64,000 nt of DNA, from contig CAVTHO010000003.1 of assembly GCA_963734545.1 (NCBI GenBank), positions 384,001 through 448,000 of the forward strand, written 5' to 3'. A program made the position numbers and the translations under genes. This DNA is from an uncultured Spirochaetota bacterium. GTDB lineage: Bacteria; Spirochaetota; Spirochaetia; SZUA-6; Fen-1364. The notes beneath the pieces were generated by a model. That model did no database searches. It was not told the DNA's origin and worked only from the letters and a program-made list of their open reading frames with translations. Shown here piece after piece: positions 51,731 to 61,650 of this stretch (position 1 is its first letter; each line of letters opens with the position of its first letter).

Positions 51731-53136
51731 CACCGGGCACCCGGGGAGGCAGGGTCGAGTTCCTGCGAGAGATAGACCTGTTTGCAGAGCTCCCTGTCGA
51801 TGACCTGGAAAAGATATGCGGCATGCTGGAAGAGGTGAGGCTTCCGGCAGGAGCAGAGCTTTTTGCGCAGGGCAGCGCGGGAGACTCGGCCTATATCATC
51901 AGGCAGGGAGAGATCGAGATCACCCGGCTCTCCGACGGACGGCAGGTACCCCTCGCCGTGCGGCGCCGGGGCGAGGTGGTCGGGGAAATGGCCATCCTCG
52001 AGCGGACGCCCCGCATGGCGAGCGCCCGGGCCCTCTCGGACAGCGTGCTGCTTGCAATCGGGCGCGAGCAGATGGATCGGCTCCTCAGCTCGAGCTCCTC
52101 CGCGGCCAGGGTTCTCCTGGCCACGGTGACCGCCAGGCTGCGGGAGACCCAGGCTCTTCTCCAGCAAAGCGAGAAGATGGCCCAGCTCGGAGTCTTGACC
52201 GCGGGCCTGGCGCACGAGCTCAACAATCCATCCGCTGCCACGCTCCGGGGCGCCGCGCATCTCACACAGGCGGTGGAAACTCTCATCGGAGAATCCGCGG
52301 AGATCCAGCGGATGGGGATCACCGGGGACCGGGCTGATGACCTGGAGCGGCGCATTGTGGCCGCCCGTGAGAAGGCCTCCCGATCGGACAAGGTGGGAGC
52401 CATGGATCTGGGGGACCGGCAGGACCTCCTGGAACGATGGCTCGAGCAGAGGGGGATCACCGACGCCGGCACCGATGTCCCGGACCTTGCCGCGATGGGA
52501 TATGGCACCGCCGACCTTGAAGAATTGCTGCAGATCTACCCTTCTCCCGGATTCCGTCATGTCATCAGGCTGCTTTGCGCGGCCTACGTCGCGGAAACGC
52601 TTCTGAAGGAGATCGGGGCGGGTGCCCGGCAGGTTTCCGAGATTGTCAAAGCGTTGAAGAGCTACGTCTACCTCGACCAGGGTCCTGTCCAGGAGGTAGA
52701 CATCCATGAGGGCCTGGAGAACACGCTGATCATCCTGAGACACAAGCTGCAGCCGGGTATCACCGTGCGTCGGGAGCTCGCGCCCGATCTTCCCCGTGTT
52801 CCCGCGTTCGGCAGCGAGCTGAACCAGGTGTGGACAAACCTGATCGACAATGCGGCGGACGCCCTGAATGGAAAAGGGCAGATCATCCTCCGCACGTACG
52901 CGAAAGACGGACGCGTGCACGTCGAAGTGGAGGACAATGGTCCGGGAATCCCCGAGGATGCAAAGCCGCGGATGTTCACTCTCTTCTTTACGACAAAGCC
53001 GCTCGGCAAGGGCACCGGGCAGGGCTTGAATATCAGCTACGGGATCGTCCGCCGGCATGGGGGCACCATGGATTTCGAGAGCCGGCCGGGCAGGACCGTG
53101 TTCGCCGTGAAGCTGCCATTGAGCCCCGCGCCATGA
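51727..53136 (+). CDS. Cyclic-nucleotide-binding domain sensor histidine kinase
   Basis: GEMA...PRMASA cNMP motif; AHELNNP H-box; NLIDNA, DNGPG, FFTTK, GTGQGL. Confidence 0.93.
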   Translation: MTPGTRGGRVEFLREIDLFAELPVDDLEKICGMLEEVRLPAGAELFAQGSAGDSAYIIRQGEIEITRLSDGRQVPLAVRRRGEVVGEMAILERTPRMASARALSDSVLLAIGREQMDRLLSSSSSAARVLLATVTARLRETQALLQQSEKMAQLGVLTAGLAHELNNPSAATLRGAAHLTQAVETLIGESAEIQRMGITGDRADDLERRIVAAREKASRSDKVGAMDLGDRQDLLERWLEQRGITDAGTDVPDLAAMGYGTADLEELLQIYPSPGFRHVIRLLCAAYVAETLLKEIGAGARQVSEIVKALKSYVYLDQGPVQEVDIHEGLENTLIILRHKLQPGITVRRELAPDLPRVPAFGSELNQVWTNLIDNAADALNGKGQIILRTYAKDGRVHVEVEDNGPGIPEDAKPRMFTLFFTTKPLGKGTGQGLNISYGIVRRHGGTMDFESRPGRTVFAVKLPLSPAP

Positions 53137-56076
53137 CAGGCACTCTGCCCGGCGGGACGCTCACCTACCTGTTCACCGATGTCGAGGCGAGCACCGAGCT
53201 GTGGGAGCACGAGCCCGAAGCGATGCGGAGCGCGCTGGTCCGGCACGACGCTCTCATCGAGGCGGGGGTCGAAGGGCATCGGGGCTCCCTGGTGCGGCCC
53301 CGCGGGGAAGGGGACAGCCGGTTCGCCGTCTTCCCCCGGGCCACGGATGCGGTGACAGCCGCGTGCGCCATCCAGATTGCGCTGCACGTCGAGCCGTGGC
53401 GCACCTCCCGACCGGTTCGCGTGCGCATGGCGCTGCACACCGGGGAGTCCGACCTCCGCGACGGCGACTACTACGGGTCGGCCGTCAACCGCTGCGCGCG
53501 CCTCCGGGCCCTCGCGCATGGCGGCCAGATACTTCTTTCGGCCACGACGGCGCGGCTGGCCCAGGAAGGCATGACAGGGGAAGCGGGACTGCGCGACCTG
53601 GGACTGCATCACCTGAAAGACCTGCAGCAGCCCGAGCAGGTCTTCCAGCTCACCCACCCGGCGCTTCCGGTGGATTTCCCGGCGCTGCGGTCCCTGGAGA
53701 GTCTTCCCCACAACCTCCCCGTCCAGCTCACGAGCTTCATCGGCCGGGAGAAGGAGATGGCGGAAGTGAAGCGTCACCTGGCCGACGCGCGTCTTCTGAC
53801 CCTCACCGGATCGGGAGGCGCGGGAAAGACGCGGCTGGCCCTGCAAGTGGCGGCGGACGTGCTGGACTCGTACCCGGACGGGACCTGGCTCATCGAGCTG
53901 GCAAGCGTCACCGACGGCGCGCTCGTGCCCCAGGCGGTGGCATCAGCGCTGGGAGTGACGGAGACGCAGGGGAGCTCCGTCACTGCGACGCTCCTCACCT
54001 GGATCGCCGGAAAGAGACTCCTGCTTCTCCTGGACAACTGCGAGCACCTCATCCAACCCTGCGCGGAGCTGGTCGAAGCAATGCTTCGCGCGAGCGCGAA
54101 GCTCAGGATCCTGGTGACCAGCCGCGAGGCCCTTGCCATAAACGGGGAGACCGTCTGGCTCGTCCCGTCGCTCGCGCTGACTGACACGGCGAGCCTGGAG
54201 GCGCCGGGAGCGGATGTGAAGGCGCTCGTGGCGCAGAACGAGGCCGTCCGGCTGTTCATCGACAGGGCGGTCTCGGCCCAGCCCTCGTTCGTTCTGACGG
54301 AACGCAACGCAGCGGCCGTTGCGCAGATCTGCCGGAGGCTGGACGGCATTCCGCTGGCAATAGAGCTGGCCGCTGCGCGTGTGAAGGCCCTTTCCGCGGA
54401 ACAGATCAGCGCGCGGCTCGATGACCGATTCCGGTTTCTGACCGGCGGGAGCCGCACGGCGCTGCCGCGGCAGCAGACGCTGCAGGCCCTCATCGACTGG
54501 AGCCACAGCCTGCTTACGGATCCCGAACGGCTTCTGCTCAGGCGCCTGTCTGTTTTCCTGGGCGGCTGGACGCTTGCGGCGGCGGAAGCTGTCTGCGCGG
54601 GCGATGGCCTCGAAGAGAGCCAGGTTCTGGACCTGCTCAGCCAGCTCCTCAACAAGTCTCTCGTTGCGGTGGAGAACCTCGAAGGGGAGATCCGGTATCG
54701 GCTCCTGGAGACCATCAGGCAGTACGCCCGGGGCAAGCTCTTCGACTCGGGAGAGACGCCGCGCGTGGCAGACCGGCATCTCGACTACTTCCTGTCATTC
54801 GCGGAAGAGGCCGAGAAGCACCTTTCCGGCAGCGAGCAGGTGGCGTGGCTGAACAGGCTGCAGACCGAGCATGACAACATGCGGGCCGCGATCGAGTGGA
54901 GCCGGGCGGGCACGGCGGAGACAGCGGCAAGCCTGCGGCTGGTCGGGGCGCTCTGGCAGTTCTGGTACATCCGCGGCTTCATCAGCGAGGGACGCAGGCA
55001 CCTGCGGCAGGCGCTCGCGGAAAGCACCAATGCGCCCGCCGGCATGCGCGCCAGGGCTTTGACGGGCGCGAGCCTCCTGGCGCATGCGCAGGGAGACTAT
55101 GAGCGGGGACCGGTGCTGATCGACGAGAGCATCGCCCTGTCCCGGAAGTCCGGTGACAGGAAGGAGCTGATGGCTGCCCTGGGGGTGGCGAGCATCCTGG
55201 CCGAATACCGGGAGGAATACGAGCGGGGAAGGCAGATGCAGGAAGAAAGCCTCGTACTGGCGCGCGAGCTTGGGGACAAGGCCGGCATCGCTACGGTCGC
55301 TCGTGCGGCTCGGGAATCTCAAGCTGGTCGAACCGGGCGAGCACAGTCACGCGCGCGCGCTGATCGAGGAAGGCCGCGCCCTGTACGTGGAGCTGGAGCA
55401 CAAGTCCGGCATCGCGCTGTCGCTGCGTCTCCTTGCCGCCGCATATTCGATCGACAACGAGCTGGACCGGGCCACCGTTCTGCTTCAACAGGCCGTCACG
55501 CTGAGCAGGGAGCTGGGGGACAAGGGAGGTACCGGTTTCTGCACCCTCGGTCTCGCGATCATCGCAATAGGGCGCGGGGATGACGAGGAGGCCAGAAGGT
55601 TGTCCACGGAGGGCTACTCGCTCTACCACGACCTGGGAAACAAGTGGGGCACCGCGGGATCACAGGGTTTCCTCGCCTACCTGGCGGTGAGGAAGGCGGA
55701 CTACCGCAATGCAACGGCCCTGGCCAGACAGAGCCTGGCCATTTACCGTGAGCTCCGGGAGAAAACCGGCGCCCACTATGCCATGCTGACCCTCGCCATG
55801 GCAGCCGAGGCAGAAGGCAGCCCGGAGCGGGCCGTCCGGCTCATAGCGGCGTCTGATGAGCTGCGCGTGCGGCGTGTTCCCCCTGTCTGGTCGCTGCGGC
55901 CGTTCGCGTTCGACTACGAGGGCTACGAGTCGCGTCTTCGCGAAAAGCTCGGCGCGGAAGCCTACGGCCGTGCATGGGCGCTGGGACGCTCATGGACTCT
56001 TGCAGAGTCGATTGCCTATGCGCTGGAGGATAACTCCCCTTCGTCAACGCACGAGCGCATGAACCCGGCGGAATAG
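53133..56076 (+). CDS. Cyclase - STAND/NB-ARC ATPase - TPR protein; frameshift near 55295
   Basis: FTDVEAST, GEGDS, VNRCARL; Walker A GSGGAGKT, LLDNCEH, LDGIPLAIELAA; TPR-like C-terminus. Confidence 0.9.
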
Positions 56077-56113
56077 CAGCGCACGCTCGATAGTAATTGA
56101 AGATTTCGATATA

Positions 56114-57865
56114 TTGAGACACGTGTCCGTGTATCAAGGAAAGAGAATCCGACTGGGGACACGCTCATCGCGCCTGGCCCTGTGGCAGGCGCAGAAGGTA
56201 GCGGCGCTTCTTCGCGGCCTCGGCGTCGAGTGTGACATTGTTCCGATCGAAACCCGCGGGGATGATATCCCCGACCGCCCGCTGCCGGAAATCGGCGGCG
56301 ACGGGGTCTTCACGGAGCGAATCGAACGCTCGCTGCGCTCGTCGGAGATCGATATTGCGGTGCACTCGCTCAAAGACCTGCCCGTGGAGGACCCGGACGA
56401 GCTGTGCGTGGGGGCCGTCCTCTGCCGGGAGGAAGTGCGGGAGGTCCTCGTCTCGCGGGGCGGGAAGAAGCTCTCGGAGCTGCCTGCCGGCTCGGTGCTC
56501 GGGTCCAGCAGCACGCGGCGGCAGGCCCAGCTTCTCACCCTGAGGCCGGACCTGGTCATTCGTCCCATCAGGGGGAACGTGGAGACCCGGATCAGGAAGG
56601 TGGAAGCAGGAGAATACGAGGCGACCCTGCTTGCCGGCGCGGGCATCATCCGTCTCGGGCTCACCTCGAAGGTCGCAGAGTGGCTGGAAATTTCCCGGAT
56701 CCTCCCGGCGCCCGGGCAGGGGGCCCTCGCGGTCCAATGCCGCACCGAGGACCGGTCCACGCGAAGCGTGCTCGCAGGGATCGACGAACCGGCCCTGCAC
56801 GCCGAGACGGACGCGGAGCGCGGGTTCCTGCGCGCCCTCGGGGGCGGGTGCTCGGCGCCGGTGGGTGCCTTCGCGCAGGTGCGGGGTCCCCGGCTTCGGC
56901 TTCGAGGCAGGATCTCCGCGCTGGACGGGAGCAGGTCCGTCGACGTGGAGGACGAAGGTGAGGACCATGCGGCGCTTGTGGCGGGGCTTGCCGCAAAGGC
57001 CCTGCGCGAAGGCGCCGCCGAGCTGATCGTCGCGGCAGGCAGGAGCCTCCCCGTCCTGCAGCCATCCTCCCTGAGCGGGAGGCGTGTCGTGGTTACCCGC
57101 GCGCGGGAGCAGGCGGACGATCTGTGCCGGAGGCTCGCGGCAGCGGGCGCCGTACCCCTGGCGGTCCCGATGATCCGGATCGCTCCCGAGGAGGATACGC
57201 GCGCGCTGGATGCGGCCATCGACAAGCTCGCATCCTACCGCTGGCTTGCTTTTGCGAGCGCCAACGGCGTGGAGTTTTTCATGAAAAGGCTCGCGGCCAT
57301 GCGGCCGGGAACCCGGTGGGCTGCCGGCGCGCCGCTCGTTGCCGCAGTGGGCCCCGGCACAGAGGCGGCGCTCACCCGTCATGGCGTCAAGGCCGACCTC
57401 GTGCCCGCGGTCAATACGGGGACGGCGCTCGCAAAGGCGATTCTCGACACCGCCCCTGAAGGGCTGGCCGGCGCAAGGCTGCTCATGCCGCGCGCGCGGG
57501 AAGGCCGGGAGGAAGCCGCCGCCCTCCTGCGACAGCACGGCGCGGTTGTGGACGATGTGCCGGCTTACCGGACGGATGCCTGCGCGCCCTCGGAAGAAGA
57601 GCTCGCGCTCCTGGGGCCGGGTGTGGACGCCATTCTTTTTGCCAGCAGCTCCGCGGTCAGCGCCTGGTGCGACCTGGCCCGCTCTGTCGACCAGCTCGCG
57701 GAGGCCGCGCGCGGGGCGGTAATCGCGTGCATCGGACCGGCGACCTCGTCCACTGCCCGGGACCGGGGCCTGCGTGTGGACGTGGAAGCGCCGATCCATA
57801 CCGCCGAGGGGCTCGTCACGGCACTCGAGCGTCATTTCGCGCGCGCGCATGGAGGGTCTCGATGA
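56114..57865 (+). CDS. hemC: Fused hydroxymethylbilane synthase / uroporphyrinogen-III synthase (HemC-HemD)
   Basis: GTRSSRLALWQ, VHSLKD, RGNVETR, GGCSAP; then VVTRA, FASANGV, VGPGT, FASSSAV, IGPAT. Confidence 0.93.
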   Translation: MRHVSVYQGKRIRLGTRSSRLALWQAQKVAALLRGLGVECDIVPIETRGDDIPDRPLPEIGGDGVFTERIERSLRSSEIDIAVHSLKDLPVEDPDELCVGAVLCREEVREVLVSRGGKKLSELPAGSVLGSSSTRRQAQLLTLRPDLVIRPIRGNVETRIRKVEAGEYEATLLAGAGIIRLGLTSKVAEWLEISRILPAPGQGALAVQCRTEDRSTRSVLAGIDEPALHAETDAERGFLRALGGGCSAPVGAFAQVRGPRLRLRGRISALDGSRSVDVEDEGEDHAALVAGLAAKALREGAAELIVAAGRSLPVLQPSSLSGRRVVVTRAREQADDLCRRLAAAGAVPLAVPMIRIAPEEDTRALDAAIDKLASYRWLAFASANGVEFFMKRLAAMRPGTRWAAGAPLVAAVGPGTEAALTRHGVKADLVPAVNTGTALAKAILDTAPEGLAGARLLMPRAREGREEAAALLRQHGAVVDDVPAYRTDACAPSEEELALLGPGVDAILFASSSAVSAWCDLARSVDQLAEAARGAVIACIGPATSSTARDRGLRVDVEAPIHTAEGLVTALERHFARAHGGSR

Positions 57866-58884
57866 GCCAGGGAGAAAAATCTTCCGCTGCGCGGCCGCGC
57901 CGGCTTCGCGCGCTTCCGGCAGTGCGGGGAATGGTTCGGGAAACCTCCCTCTCGCCGGGAGACCTGATCTACCCCCTGTTCGCCGTTCACGGCCGCGGAG
58001 TGCGAAACCCCGTTCAGGCCATGCCGGGGGTGTTTCAGCTCTCGGTGGAAAATCTTGCCGAGGAGGCCCGGGAGGCGGCGGGACTCGGAATACCCGCGGT
58101 CCTGCTTTTCGGCATCCCCTCGACAAAGGATCCCGGGGGGTCGGAGAGCTACGCAAGAGACGGCATTATTCCGCGCGCCGTCGCGGCGGTGAAGGACAAG
58201 TGCCCCGGTCTCGTCATCGTCACGGACGTGTGCATGTGCGAGTACACCGACCACGGCCACTGCGGCATTCTGAACACGGGGACCCCGCGCCCCGTGCCGG
58301 CCCTTCCGGAGGGCTTCCTGCTGAATGACGAGACTCTCGACGTCCTGCGGCGGATCTCCCTCTCTCACGCGGAAGCCGGCGCGGACATCGTGGCGCCCAG
58401 CGGCATGATCGACGGCATGGTGCGCGCCATCAGGGAGGGCCTCGATGCGGGAGGGTTCGGCCACCTCCCGATCATGTCATATGCCGTCAAGTACGCCTCC
58501 TCGTTCTACGGTCCGTTTCGCGAGGCGGCCGAGGGCGCGCCGAAGTTTGGCGACCGGCGCAGCCACCAGATGGACCCCGCGAACGCGCGCGAAGCGCTCC
58601 GCGAGGCCGCCCTCGATGTCGAGGAGGGCGCGGACTTCCTCATGGTGAAGCCTGCCCTCCCGTACCTCGACGTGGTCCGCCTGCTCCGCGACCGTTTCCC
58701 CGCGCACCCCCTCGTTGCCTACAACGTCAGCGGCGAATACGCGATGCTGAAAGCCGCGGCGGCGAACGGCTGGCTGGACGAGAAGGCCGCGGTGCAGGAG
58801 GCGCTCGTGGGAATGCGGCGGGCCGGCGCGGATCTCATCATCACGTATCATGCAAAGGAGGCAGCCCGATGGCTGACGGAATGA
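57862..58884 (+). CDS. hemB: Porphobilinogen synthase
   Basis: DVCMCEYTDHGHC Zn site, SFYGPFR, MVKP, YNVSGEY. Confidence 0.97.
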   Translation: MSQGEKSSAARPRRLRALPAVRGMVRETSLSPGDLIYPLFAVHGRGVRNPVQAMPGVFQLSVENLAEEAREAAGLGIPAVLLFGIPSTKDPGGSESYARDGIIPRAVAAVKDKCPGLVIVTDVCMCEYTDHGHCGILNTGTPRPVPALPEGFLLNDETLDVLRRISLSHAEAGADIVAPSGMIDGMVRAIREGLDAGGFGHLPIMSYAVKYASSFYGPFREAAEGAPKFGDRRSHQMDPANAREALREAALDVEEGADFLMVKPALPYLDVVRLLRDRFPAHPLVAYNVSGEYAMLKAAAANGWLDEKAAVQEALVGMRRAGADLIITYHAKEAARWLTE

Positions 58885-59603
58885 AACAGGCCGAAGCGCC
58901 TGTCATCGACCTGAGGGAGAAAGGCCGGCCGATGAACGGCGAACCGCAGAGCCTGGATCGGCGGCTCTTTGTCCAGCTCCTCGTGTTCGACGGCTGCCGG
59001 GACAGCCGGCCGATTGCCGACCTGCTCGGCCGGCGCGGCGTCCAGGGGGTCCTGTACGAGGACTTGAACGATCCGACGGGCATTGGGCTTCTTGCCTATG
59101 ACGAGAATCCCGGCTACTTCCTGGAGACAGTTCGTCCCCTCGTGAACGGGGACGCCTTTTCAGGTCTGCGGTTCCGCGAGGAGCTCACCATGCTCGGCCG
59201 TACCTACTCCATGGGGTATGAGGCCGACCTCGAAGAGGCGCTCATCACGCGTCCGAGGACCAGGCTGTGCAGCCCCGAGCTTCCCTGGGCGGTCTGGTAT
59301 CCCCTTCGCCGGTCAGGGGCGTTCGAGGAGCTGCCGGAAAAGGATCAGCGCTCGGTGCTCTCCGAGCACGGCGCCATCGGCCACTCTTTCGGCAAGGCCG
59401 GGGTGGCGCACGATGTGCGTCTCGCCTGCCACGGCCTGTCAAAGGAGGACAACGATTTCGTCATCGGCCTCCTCGGCGCAGAGCTGCACGCGCTGTCCGC
59501 GGTTGTCCAGCGCATGCGCAAGACCCGGCAGACCTCCAGGTATCTCGTGAGGCTGGGCCCGTTCTTCGTGGGCCGCGTCCTGTGGCAGGCGCCGTCCGCA
59601 TGA
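58881..59603 (+). CDS. hemQ: Coproheme decarboxylase (ChdC/HemQ, chlorite dismutase family)
   Basis: WYPLRR, EHGAIG (proximal His), GPFFVG; position within the hem operon. Confidence 0.85.
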   Translation: MKQAEAPVIDLREKGRPMNGEPQSLDRRLFVQLLVFDGCRDSRPIADLLGRRGVQGVLYEDLNDPTGIGLLAYDENPGYFLETVRPLVNGDAFSGLRFREELTMLGRTYSMGYEADLEEALITRPRTRLCSPELPWAVWYPLRRSGAFEELPEKDQRSVLSEHGAIGHSFGKAGVAHDVRLACHGLSKEDNDFVIGLLGAELHALSAVVQRMRKTRQTSRYLVRLGPFFVGRVLWQAPSA

Positions 59604-59634
59604 CTGACCCCGCCCGCATGACCGCGTCGCCCGC

Positions 59635-60705
59635 ATGACCGGCGTCGCGCAAGGGTCCCCCGGCACCTCTGCCTTCCTGAAGGCCTGCCGCCGCGAGACT
59701 GCACCGCACACGCCGGTCTGGCTCATGCGCCAGGCCGGGCGCTACCTCCCCGAGTACCGCGCGCTCCGAGAGCGCCACTCGATGCTGGAGATGCTGGCAA
59801 CGCCCGAGCTGGCCGTCGAGGCGACACTCCAGCCCCTGAAGCGCTTTCCCCTGGACGCGGCGATCATCTTCATGGACATCCTGCCGCCGCTCGCCGGCAT
59901 GGGGCTGCAGATCTCCTTCGGCGCCGGGGACCGGGAAGGCCCGCGTATCGGCAACCCGATCTCCCGCACGCGCGACATCGACATGCTGGCTGTCCCTCCC
60001 GCAGCGGAGACGCTGGGCGTGCACCTGCAGGCCATTGCAATGGCCTGCGCCGAGCTCACGTCCCGCGGAACCCCTCTCATTGGATTCAGCGGTGCGCCGT
60101 TCACGCTCGCCAGCTATGCCATCGAGGGGGCGGGGAGCAGGAACTACGCAAAGACGAAAGCGTTGATGTACGCCGAGCCCGCGGCATGGCGTCGGCTGAT
60201 GGTGAAGCTCGTCACTGTCCTCGGGGACTTTCTCATCGCGCAGGCGCGCGCCGGTGCCGCCGCGCTGCAGGTTTTCGACTCGTGGGCCGGGATCGCCCTC
60301 GGCAGGGATGACTATGTGCGCTACGTCCAGCCCTGGAACCGGCAGCTCTTCACCGCGGTGCGGTCGGCCGGTGTGCCTGTGATCAATTTCAGCACGGGAA
60401 CGGCAGCCTACATCGAAGAGGTGGCCGCATGCGGGGGAGAGGTTGTCGGCGTCGACTGGAGGATGCCGATCGACTGCTACCGCAGGAGGATCGGCCCCGA
60501 GCAGGCCATCCAGGGCAACCTGGATCCCGTGGCGCTTCTCGCTCCCTGGCGGGAGCTCGAGCCCCGGATCGGGGCGGTCCTCGCCTCAGCGGGCCGCACC
60601 GGGCACCTGTTCAACCTCGGCCATGGGATCCTTCCCGAGACGGAGCCCGACATCGTGGCCCGGCTGGTGGATCACGTGCATGCGTGGAAGGGAGCCGCTT
60701 CATGA
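59635..60705 (+). CDS. hemE: Uroporphyrinogen decarboxylase
   Basis: PVWLMRQAGRYLPEY, GAPFTLASY, FDSW, QGNLDP, NLGHG. Confidence 0.97.
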   Translation: MTGVAQGSPGTSAFLKACRRETAPHTPVWLMRQAGRYLPEYRALRERHSMLEMLATPELAVEATLQPLKRFPLDAAIIFMDILPPLAGMGLQISFGAGDREGPRIGNPISRTRDIDMLAVPPAAETLGVHLQAIAMACAELTSRGTPLIGFSGAPFTLASYAIEGAGSRNYAKTKALMYAEPAAWRRLMVKLVTVLGDFLIAQARAGAAALQVFDSWAGIALGRDDYVRYVQPWNRQLFTAVRSAGVPVINFSTGTAAYIEEVAACGGEVVGVDWRMPIDCYRRRIGPEQAIQGNLDPVALLAPWRELEPRIGAVLASAGRTGHLFNLGHGILPETEPDIVARLVDHVHAWKGAAS

Positions 60706-61646
60706 GCGCCCCCATCGGCGTCCTCCTCATGACGTACGGGGGCCCTGATACGCTGGACGACGTTCCCGGCTACCTCGCGGACATCCGCGCGGGCCGCGCG
60801 ACCTCCCGGGCCATCGTCGAAGAGATCGCGGAGCACTATCGCCGTATCGGGGGAAAGTCGCCTCTCCTCGCGCACAGCCTCCGCCAGCTTGCCGCGCTTT
60901 CCGTGCGGCTGGACTCTGCGCTCTATCGCTGCTACCTCGGCATGCGGCACTGGTCGCCGTGGATCGAAGAGGTGGTCGCTGCCATGGCTGAAGAGGGAAT
61001 CAGGCGCGCTGTCGGGATCGTCCTCGCTCCCCATTACAGCTCCATGAACACGGAGCGCTATTTCCAGAAGATCGCCCTTGGCCAGGAGCTGTACAGGACC
61101 TCGATCGAGTTTGCGTTCGTGAAAAGCTATCATGATTCGCCGCCGCTGCTGGATGCGCTTGCCCGCAGGGTGGCCGAAGGAATCGGCCGGTGGCCGGCCG
61201 GCGAACGCGCCGGCGTGCACGTGGTGTTCTGCGCTCACAGTCTCCCCTCGCGCCTCCTTGCCGAAGGTGATCCGTACGACACCCAGCTTCAGGAAACCGC
61301 CCGACAGGTCGCCCTGCGCGCCGGCCTGCCGCCCGAACGCTGGTCGTGGAGCTACATGTCCGCGGGGAAGAGCCCCGAACCGTGGCTGGGTCCTGACCTG
61401 CCGGACCATCTCACGGAGCTCACGCGGCGCGGCGTGCGGTCTGTCGTCTGTGTGCCCGTGGGATTCGTCGCCGACCACGTGGAGATCCTCTACGACGTCG
61501 ACATCGAGGCCCGGCAGAAGGCGGAGGAGCTCGGCATCCGCCTGGAGCGCCCGGCATCCCTGAATGATGACCCCCTGTTCATCGAGGCGCTCGCCGGCGC
61601 GGTGACTGCCCGGGCGCGCGAGGCGGGTTTCACCGGCAGTGGTTGA
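60702..61646 (+). CDS. hemH: Ferrochelatase (coproporphyrin-type CpfC/HemH)
   Basis: YRRIGGKSPL, AHSLP, WLGP, FVADHVEILYD. Confidence 0.95.
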   Translation: MSAPIGVLLMTYGGPDTLDDVPGYLADIRAGRATSRAIVEEIAEHYRRIGGKSPLLAHSLRQLAALSVRLDSALYRCYLGMRHWSPWIEEVVAAMAEEGIRRAVGIVLAPHYSSMNTERYFQKIALGQELYRTSIEFAFVKSYHDSPPLLDALARRVAEGIGRWPAGERAGVHVVFCAHSLPSRLLAEGDPYDTQLQETARQVALRAGLPPERWSWSYMSAGKSPEPWLGPDLPDHLTELTRRGVRSVVCVPVGFVADHVEILYDVDIEARQKAEELGIRLERPASLNDDPLFIEALAGAVTARAREAGFTGSG

Positions 61647-61650
61647 CCTC

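Noticed and set aside
53133-56076. STAND ATPase as an Avs-like anti-phage system, or the cyclases as Pycsar/CBASS
   Set aside because: The architecture matches common cyclase-ATPase-TPR signalling proteins, and there is no nuclease, TIR or cNMP-gated membrane effector nearby.
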